From assembly GCA_031392125.1 (NCBI GenBank), contig JANMUX010000521.1, positions 1 through 55,567 on the forward strand: a DNA stretch of 55,567 bases, in the 5' to 3' direction. This DNA is from Acidobacteriota bacterium. Lineage in GTDB: Bacteria > Acidobacteriota > Vicinamibacteria > Vicinamibacterales > UBA2999. Positions within the stretch are counted from its first letter, which is position 1; each line of letters opens with the position of its first letter. Position numbers and translations under genes: made by a program. Positions 48,531-55,567 of the stretch are shown here, in pieces. The notes under the pieces were generated by a model. The model did no database searches. It saw only the letters and a program-made list of their open reading frames with translations, and was not told the origin of the DNA.

Positions 48531-49570
48531 AGATCCTCACGGGTCACACCCTCACCCTCCAACACGAAATCAGCGCCGTAGGCCCGGGCCGGGGTTTGAA
48601 AGCCGGGGCTGAAATCGCCGCTCAAGACTTTCCGCACCGCGGCCAGCGCGGTTTGCGTGGTCCAGACGACGCCGGCCTCGGGACCGTGAAGGCGGGCGCA
48701 GGCCCGGTGCCCCTGATCATCGGTGACCTCGCCCCAAACGTGAGTCGTCGTCTTTGCCCGCCGATCTGCACCGGGACCGGGTTTGACGCCGCGCTTCAAG
48801 AGGCCGCGCATGAACGGCAACCTGAAGAGCGGTCGCAGGTAGTCCATCTTCGCGAGTTGGCGCCGTGTTGCTTCCGGGACGACCACGTAGTCTTCGATGT
48901 TGGGAATACCGGTCGAGTAGTACGCCATGAACACGTCGCCCCACGTCAGGCGCGTAGCGATCATGGGACCCTGCCCGAAATCGATCGCGCGGGTCTTCAC
49001 GCCCCGCTCGGGAACCACGAGCAGGCCACCACGCCGCACACGGTTGCCGTACGGGATCAGTTCGATCATCGTGCGCTGCGTGCCCGGCGGCAGGCCACCA
49101 GGACCCTCAGTTCGAAAGGCGAGCGTCAGGTGCGTGGCAGAGGGCAGTCGTTGCTTCAGGTGCACCGCCAGGCAATCGGTCGGCACGACGTCGAAGCCGA
49201 CGCCTGGCAGCAGCATCACGCCGCGCGCCAAAGCATCGGCGTCCATCGATGCGAGTCCCTCGTAGACCGGGATCTCGCCGGTGATATCCAGGTAATGAGC
49301 GCCCGCTCGCACGCAGGCGCTCGCCATGGGTTCGAAGGTGTGCATGAACGGTCCGGCGCAATTGAGCACCACGGTCACGCCGTTGAAGGCGCGGTCGACC
49401 GCCTGCGCGTCGTCCAGGCCGAAGGCGCGATGTTCCAGGTTCAGCGCGGCCGCCAGGCGCGCGAGTGGTTCCTGATTACGTCCGCCAAGAATCGGTCGCA
49501 GGCCCGCGGCCATTGCTTCGCCGGCCATCACCTCGCCGACGAAGCCGGTGGCGCCGTACAGGAGGAACAC
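48527..49570 (-). CDS. Saccharopine dehydrogenase-like NAD(P)-binding protein
   Basis: FLLYGATGFVGEVMA Rossmann N-terminus. GTG 49570 was chosen because the longer track ORF (to 49759) has A/T-rich third positions upstream. Start is uncertain. Confidence 0.65.
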   Translation of the reverse strand: MFLLYGATGFVGEVMAGEAMAAGLRPILGGRNQEPLARLAAALNLEHRAFGLDDAQAVDRAFNGVTVVLNCAGPFMHTFEPMASACVRAGAHYLDITGEIPVYEGLASMDADALARGVMLLPGVGFDVVPTDCLAVHLKQRLPSATHLTLAFRTEGPGGLPPGTQRTMIELIPYGNRVRRGGLLVVPERGVKTRAIDFGQGPMIATRLTWGDVFMAYYSTGIPNIEDYVVVPEATRRQLAKMDYLRPLFRLPFMRGLLKRGVKPGPGADRRAKTTTHVWGEVTDDQGHRACARLHGPEAGVVWTTQTALAAVRKVLSGDFSPGFQTPARAYGADFVLEGEGVTREDL

Positions 49571-49815
49571 GGGCGGATGGTAACAGGAGAGGCCTCGGGT
49601 CTGGGGCCCTCGATGCTCGCGCTCACGCGCTCGCAGGGCCTGAAGGTCCGCCGTCGGCCCTCTGAACGACAGTTCGATATTTCCGCCAAAATTCGCACAT
49701 ACTAAGTTTTGGATCATTCCACCGGCTGATTGGATAAATCGAGCGGTCGCACGGGTCACATGCCGATAAGCGCCTATTTAGCAACGCTTTAGACGGCCTT
49801 TCTCGGCAGAGCTCG

Positions 49816-49831
49816 TGGTATGGTGTTTGCT
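49816..49831 (+). promoter_or_regulatory. Candidate sigma54 promoter (TGGTAT-N5-TTGCT) upstream of the kinase/activator operon
   Basis: Fits TGGYAYR-N4-YTGCW at every specified position. G49817 to G49829 = 12 nt. Lies 55 nt before ATG 49886. Confidence 0.5.
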
Positions 49832-49885
49832 CTCTCTCAGTCGGATTGATCGGTCTTGTCAGGCAACACTGAACCAACGGCGGGT

Positions 49886-52795
49886 ATGTCGGTTTCCGAC
49901 CCGGGATCCTGGTGGCGTGAGTGGCGGCAAACAGCCTTGCCGGTTGCGGTGACGCTCGGGCTGCTGGCGCTCGGGTTGACCAACGTCGTTGCCCGTGCCA
50001 CTTCCAGCGAGGTCGAAGACGGTGTGCTTTGGGTTGAGCGCGCCATCGGCCTGGTGGCGGCCGAGGTGGCTTCACCGTCGGCCGCAAGCCGCGCCGGCGT
50101 CCGGCCGGGCGACATCCTGCTGGCCATCGACAATCAGCCCGTTGACGGGCGCCAGGACGTCCTCAACCTTCAGCACGGCGCGAATGCGGGCGAGCGCCAC
50201 TCGTACTCGTTACTGAGGCTGGGCACGCAGCAAATTTCGACCGTCTCGCTCGCGCCGATGCCGAGTGGCACCGGATTGTTCTACTACGTGCTCGCCGCGG
50301 TCGGCATTTTCACGCTGTTGATTGGCGCCGCCGTCCGCGCGCGACGGCCGACCGATCAAGCCACCCTGCATTTCTTCTGGCTCTCGGTCGCCTTTTTCGG
50401 CGTCTTCACGTTTTCGTTCAGCGGGCGCCTTGACCGAGTGGACTGGGTCTTCTACTGGGGTGACGTCATCGCGGTGAGCGTGCTGCCGCCGCTCTTCCTG
50501 CATTTCGCACTGGTCTTCCCGGAGCGGCCGCACATGCCCGGCTACTCGGCTGTGCTCGCGCGCTGGTTGCCGGCGATTTACCTGCCCGGCGCCGTGCTCG
50601 GCTCCACCCGCGCGCTCGCCGTGTTGCGCTCGAGTGCCGACCCCGAATATTTCATCCGCGTCGTCACGCTGCTCGATCGCCTCGAATACGTCTACCTCGT
50701 CGCGTTCGGCGCGGCCGGCCTGGCCGTGTTGTTGCGCGCGTTGTCGCGCGCGCGCTCGGTGACCGTGAAGCGCCAGCTGCGATGGATCGTGTGGGGCACC
50801 GCGCTCGGCGCGGTGCCGTTCGCGTTGGCCTACGCCATTCCGTTCGCGCTAGGTGTGGACGCGTCGATTCCCATGGAGCTATCGGCGATTCCGCTTGGCT
50901 TCATTCCGCTTGCCTTCGCGTCGGCCATCATTCGCTATCGCTTGATGGACGTCGAGATCATCCTCAAACGCCTGCTGGTCTACACCTCTGCGGTTGCCGC
51001 GATTGTTGCTATCTACGTGCTGATCCTGCGCGCGTCCGGCAACGACATGCTCGACGGCGAGGCGCAGCACCGATGGATCATCGCCTTCCTCGCGACGGTG
51101 GTTGTGATTCTGCTCGCCAAGCCGGTGAAGGACGGATTGCAGAAGGCGATTGACCGCGCTTTCTATCGCGACCGCTACGACTATCGCCGAGCGCTCGTGA
51201 GCTTCGCCGGCGAGTTGAACAGCGATCTCGATCTCAACCGGCTGGCCGACCGCCTGGTCACCCGCGTGCGCGAAACGATCGAGCTCGATCGCATGGCGTT
51301 CCTGTTGGCCAATGACGCGGGTGACTTCGAGGTCATCAGCCACGAGGGGTTCGACCAGCCGCCGGCCCGCCTGGCGGGTGCGTCGGGCGTCGGCTCGCGC
51401 CTCAACAACGGGCACACCGTGCGTCTCGACGATCCGCTGGCGGCGACGCGTTTTACGGCCGAAGAAGTTGAGTTCTGGCGTGATGCCGGCATCTTCTATC
51501 TGGTGCCGTGCGTGACCAAGAACTCGGCAATTGCGGTGCTCGCGCTCGGCCGCCGCGCCAGCGGCGAACCGCTCAGCAGCGAAGATACGGCTTTGGTCAC
51601 CGCGGTGGCGGCGCAGGCGGCAACCGCCATCGAGAACGGCCGGCTCTACCGCCAGTTGCATCTCAAGGCCTCGGAGCTCGACCGACTCCACGCCTTCAAC
51701 GAGAACATTCTCGAGTCACTGGACGATGGGCTGCTCGTGCTGGGACCGACGGACCACGTAGTACGTTGGAACGCGGCTCTCGAGCGGGTGTATGGTCCCA
51801 AGCGTTCGTCGGTGCTTGGCCAGCACATCGGTCGACTCTTCGACGAGCACGTGGTCGACATGCTGAGCACCGCTCGCCGCGACCACCCCGACGGCACCAC
51901 GCTGTTCAGGGTGCCGGTGATCGCCCGCACGGGCCAGGACGGCGCGCGCTTGCTGGTGAACCTGACAACCGTCCCCCTGCAGACCGTCGCCGGCGGCTCA
52001 CAGGCGGGCACCATCGTTATTTTCGAAGACATCACCGAACGCTCGCAAATGGAAGAGCAGCTGCGCATCTCGGAAAAGATGGCGTCGCTCGGTTTGCTGG
52101 CAGCGGGTGTGGCCCACGAAGTGAACACGCCGCTCACCGGCATCTCGAGCTACACGCAGATGCTGCTCGAGAACGCCGATCCGGCGGATCCGCGCACGCC
52201 CGTGCTGGAGAAGATCGAGAAGCAGACCTTCCGCGCCGCCCGCATCGTGAACGGCCTGCTCAACTTGTCGCGGCCCAACGCCGCGGAACAATCCGAGCGG
52301 ACGGTCGTCGATCTCAATGTGGTCATTGCCGACGTGCTGTCGCTGCTCGAGCACCAGTTCGAGAAGGGCAGCATCAAGGTGCGCCGCGAGCTGCATGCCG
52401 AGCCGGTCCGCGTGATCGGGTTCGAGTTCAAGCTGCAGCAGGTGTTCCTGAACCTCTTCCTCAACGCCCGCGACGCGATGAACAGCGGCGGCTGGCTGAC
52501 CATTTCGACCCGCGCCGATGGCCGCGAAGTGGTGGCCGAGGTGGCCGATACCGGCAACGGCATCAATCCCGAGCACCTGGCGCGCATCTACGATCCGTTC
52601 TTCACGACCAAGGCCATAGGCCAGGGCACGGGACTCGGGTTGTCGATCACCTATGGCATCGTGCGCGAGCACGAAGCGACCATTCAATGTGACAGCACAC
52701 CGGGGACCGGCACGCGCTTCGAGATCCGGTTTGCGTCGGTGCCCGACGGTACGACCGCCGCGGCTCCCCCTCTGCAGCAGCGAGCAGGACAGTGA
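49886..52795 (+). CDS. Sensor histidine kinase: TM-PDZ-polytopic membrane domain-GAF-PAS-HisKA-HATPase
   Basis: PDZ-like GVRPGDILLAIDNQPVDG between TM1 and a ~7-helix block. H-box GVAHEVNTPL. N, G1 and G2 boxes (NLFLNARDAM, DTGNGI, GTGLGLS). The track start is TTG 49856. Confidence 0.85.
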   Translation: MSVSDPGSWWREWRQTALPVAVTLGLLALGLTNVVARATSSEVEDGVLWVERAIGLVAAEVASPSAASRAGVRPGDILLAIDNQPVDGRQDVLNLQHGANAGERHSYSLLRLGTQQISTVSLAPMPSGTGLFYYVLAAVGIFTLLIGAAVRARRPTDQATLHFFWLSVAFFGVFTFSFSGRLDRVDWVFYWGDVIAVSVLPPLFLHFALVFPERPHMPGYSAVLARWLPAIYLPGAVLGSTRALAVLRSSADPEYFIRVVTLLDRLEYVYLVAFGAAGLAVLLRALSRARSVTVKRQLRWIVWGTALGAVPFALAYAIPFALGVDASIPMELSAIPLGFIPLAFASAIIRYRLMDVEIILKRLLVYTSAVAAIVAIYVLILRASGNDMLDGEAQHRWIIAFLATVVVILLAKPVKDGLQKAIDRAFYRDRYDYRRALVSFAGELNSDLDLNRLADRLVTRVRETIELDRMAFLLANDAGDFEVISHEGFDQPPARLAGASGVGSRLNNGHTVRLDDPLAATRFTAEEVEFWRDAGIFYLVPCVTKNSAIAVLALGRRASGEPLSSEDTALVTAVAAQAATAIENGRLYRQLHLKASELDRLHAFNENILESLDDGLLVLGPTDHVVRWNAALERVYGPKRSSVLGQHIGRLFDEHVVDMLSTARRDHPDGTTLFRVPVIARTGQDGARLLVNLTTVPLQTVAGGSQAGTIVIFEDITERSQMEEQLRISEKMASLGLLAAGVAHEVNTPLTGISSYTQMLLENADPADPRTPVLEKIEKQTFRAARIVNGLLNLSRPNAAEQSERTVVDLNVVIADVLSLLEHQFEKGSIKVRRELHAEPVRVIGFEFKLQQVFLNLFLNARDAMNSGGWLTISTRADGREVVAEVADTGNGINPEHLARIYDPFFTTKAIGQGTGLGLSITYGIVREHEATIQCDSTPGTGTRFEIRFASVPDGTTAAAPPLQQRAGQ

Positions 52796-52797
52796 CC

Positions 52798-54267
<1,470 letters not shown>

Positions 54268-54288
54268 TCCGGCGGCTTTTACTCGACG

Positions 54289-55461
54289 CTACTTGATCAC
54301 CAGCACGCCAGCCCTGGCGAGCGCCTCGACATACTCCACGACGGCAGGCAGTGGCACCGGGCCGAACTGCGCCATGACGGCGTCACGAATGTCGCTGATT
54401 GACCGCTTGCCGTCGCTGAAGTTGACAATTTCATAAGCCACGTCTCGGCTGACGGTTACCTTCAGCGCCGACACGTCGGGCGCTGCAGCAACGACAGCAG
54501 TTCGAGAGGGCACGCGCCGGTCATCGCCGCCACGACCGCGGATGCGCTCTGCCGGCGGCACAAACGGCGAACTGGTAATGCCGAGGCTGGTCCACACCGA
54601 TGCGACACCTCGTTCCATGTCGGTCAGCCGGCCGGCGAGGGTGGCGTCGAGCGGCGCGGGCATGAATCGCGCTATCGACCGAATGCGCCGTTGCTCGCGA
54701 TCGATCGCCTGTCCCATCAGAATCAACACGTCGGCGCTCGCCCGTTGGGTGGGACCCATCTGCGCCACGGCGCGGCGGCCGTCTTCAGCCAGGCGCGCGT
54801 GCGCGCCGACCATCAGGTGCGACAGCAGTGCTTCGGCGCCCGAGTTGGGCAAGGTGGCAAGGAAATAGGCCGTGGCAGTCGAGACGAACACGATCTGCTT
54901 TGCGCCATTCGCGTCAGCGCCCGCGCCTACCAGCGACACCGTAGGCACGCCGAAAGCGTCCCACTCAGGCTGACCAATGTTCCGATAGGGTGCGACGATT
55001 GCCGCTCGGTATGGCGGCTGTAGCGAGAACACCTCTGCCACTTCGTCGGCGATGCTTGCCGTTGACCATGGCGACCGCACGATCTCCATCGCCTGGCTGG
55101 CCGGTGCCATGTCGAGGTGGATGGCTGCTCGCACGCGATTGCTGGTCACCGCCGATGCTGCGCCTGCCGGGACGAAACGGATGGTACGCGCTGGTTGGGG
55201 CAGCTGGTGGACGTCGATCAGGGTCTTGAGCTTCTGCGCCACCTGGCTGGCTGCCCCGCAACCGCCAGCCGCACAACTGACGATGATTTCGCCAGCCGTG
55301 GCGTCGGAACCTGCGATCGCCTCGATGGATGGCCCCGCCGCCGGTTCCACGTCAATGAACGAACGGAGGATGACCGACTCCAGCAATGTCTCTGCCGGCG
55401 TCAACGGCGCCCGCTGGCCCAACTGCAAGACCACCGCGATGGCAAGCAGCACTCCAATCAT
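54289..55461 (-). CDS. Hypothetical protein, possibly aminopeptidase-like (DUF4910/DUF2172-type) with a C-terminal winged-helix-like segment
   Basis: N-terminal hydrophobic segment. C-terminal FSDGKRSISDIRDAV...VEYVEALARAGVLV resembles the wHTH tail of aminopeptidase-like proteins in polysaccharide loci (from memory). ATGA overlap with the upstream glycosyltransferase. Confidence 0.4.
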   Translation of the reverse strand: MIGVLLAIAVVLQLGQRAPLTPAETLLESVILRSFIDVEPAAGPSIEAIAGSDATAGEIIVSCAAGGCGAASQVAQKLKTLIDVHQLPQPARTIRFVPAGAASAVTSNRVRAAIHLDMAPASQAMEIVRSPWSTASIADEVAEVFSLQPPYRAAIVAPYRNIGQPEWDAFGVPTVSLVGAGADANGAKQIVFVSTATAYFLATLPNSGAEALLSHLMVGAHARLAEDGRRAVAQMGPTQRASADVLILMGQAIDREQRRIRSIARFMPAPLDATLAGRLTDMERGVASVWTSLGITSSPFVPPAERIRGRGGDDRRVPSRTAVVAAAPDVSALKVTVSRDVAYEIVNFSDGKRSISDIRDAVMAQFGPVPLPAVVEYVEALARAGVLVIK

Positions 55462-55567
55462 CGGCCGAGCGATCCGATCAGGCGGTCATACTTCGACAGG
55501 ATCACATCCCAACGGTAGTTCCGCTTGACGTATTCCTTGCCGTTGCGCCCCATCCGGTCTCGCATCC
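55458..55567 (-). CDS. 3' end of a family-1-type glycosyltransferase running off the right edge
   Basis: The C-terminal 35 aa, MRDRMGRNGKEYVKRNYRWDVILSKYDRLIGSLGR, is a typical GT4-type tail. Stop TGA 55458-55460 overlaps the next ATG. Confidence 0.5.
   Translation of the reverse strand, partial: MRDRMGRNGKEYVKRNYRWDVILSKYDRLIGSLGR

Noticed and set aside
48404-49705. 433-aa plus-strand ORF
   Set aside because: It overlaps the end of the outer-membrane protein gene and is antisense to the saccharopine dehydrogenase-like gene. No motifs.
49571-49759. N-terminal extension of the saccharopine dehydrogenase-like ORF
   Set aside because: Third codon positions here are A/T-rich, unlike real genes in this window. 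Homologs normally start just before the LYGATG Rossmann motif.

Overview
High-GC (roughly two-thirds G+C by eye), densely packed bacterial chromosomal segment with about 50 protein-coding genes. I found no rRNA or tRNA genes, CRISPR array, transposase, integrase or phage module. The domain repertoire suggests an Acidobacteriota-like origin; this is inference only. The relevant domains are PEGA, secreted VWA, CarboxypepD_reg-fronted outer-membrane barrels, BON, and TonB with long Pro/Gly linkers. Recognisable housekeeping genes are rmuC, serA-serC, pcnB, polA, acs, the catalytic subunit of methylmalonyl-CoA mutase, gpmA, eno, glgC and inositol-3-phosphate synthase. Between them lie envelope and regulatory genes: PilZ, FHA, a pseudokinase-PEGA protein, an M23 peptidase, an ExeA-like ATPase, and a PDZ-GAF-PAS histidine kinase with a sigma54-dependent response regulator. 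The best candidate for an undescribed system is a self-contained three-gene minus-strand operon at 28725-33781. It encodes an oversized cytochrome P450 with no redox partner, then a secreted 784-aa protein with two CxxCH heme sites about 300 residues apart and a peroxidase-like C-terminus, then a 286-aa protein I cannot place in any family. Non-coding signals include: (1) a perfectly dyad-registered array of six phased 9-mers (consensus SCRCAGATT) at 15845-15956; (2) short intergenic spacers built from tandem degenerate octamer words at several loci; (3) three sigma54-type -24/-12 elements with correct spacing in front of plus-strand genes, one directly upstream of the kinase/sigma54-activator operon; (4) a near-consensus sigma70 promoter followed by a roughly 155-nt leader; (5) a roughly 100-nt imperfect hairpin between glgC and eno. 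Many long ORFs in the track are antisense shadows typical of high-GC DNA and were rejected. All family assignments come from motif recognition by eye and need HMM or structure confirmation. Many start codons are non-ATG or ambiguous.
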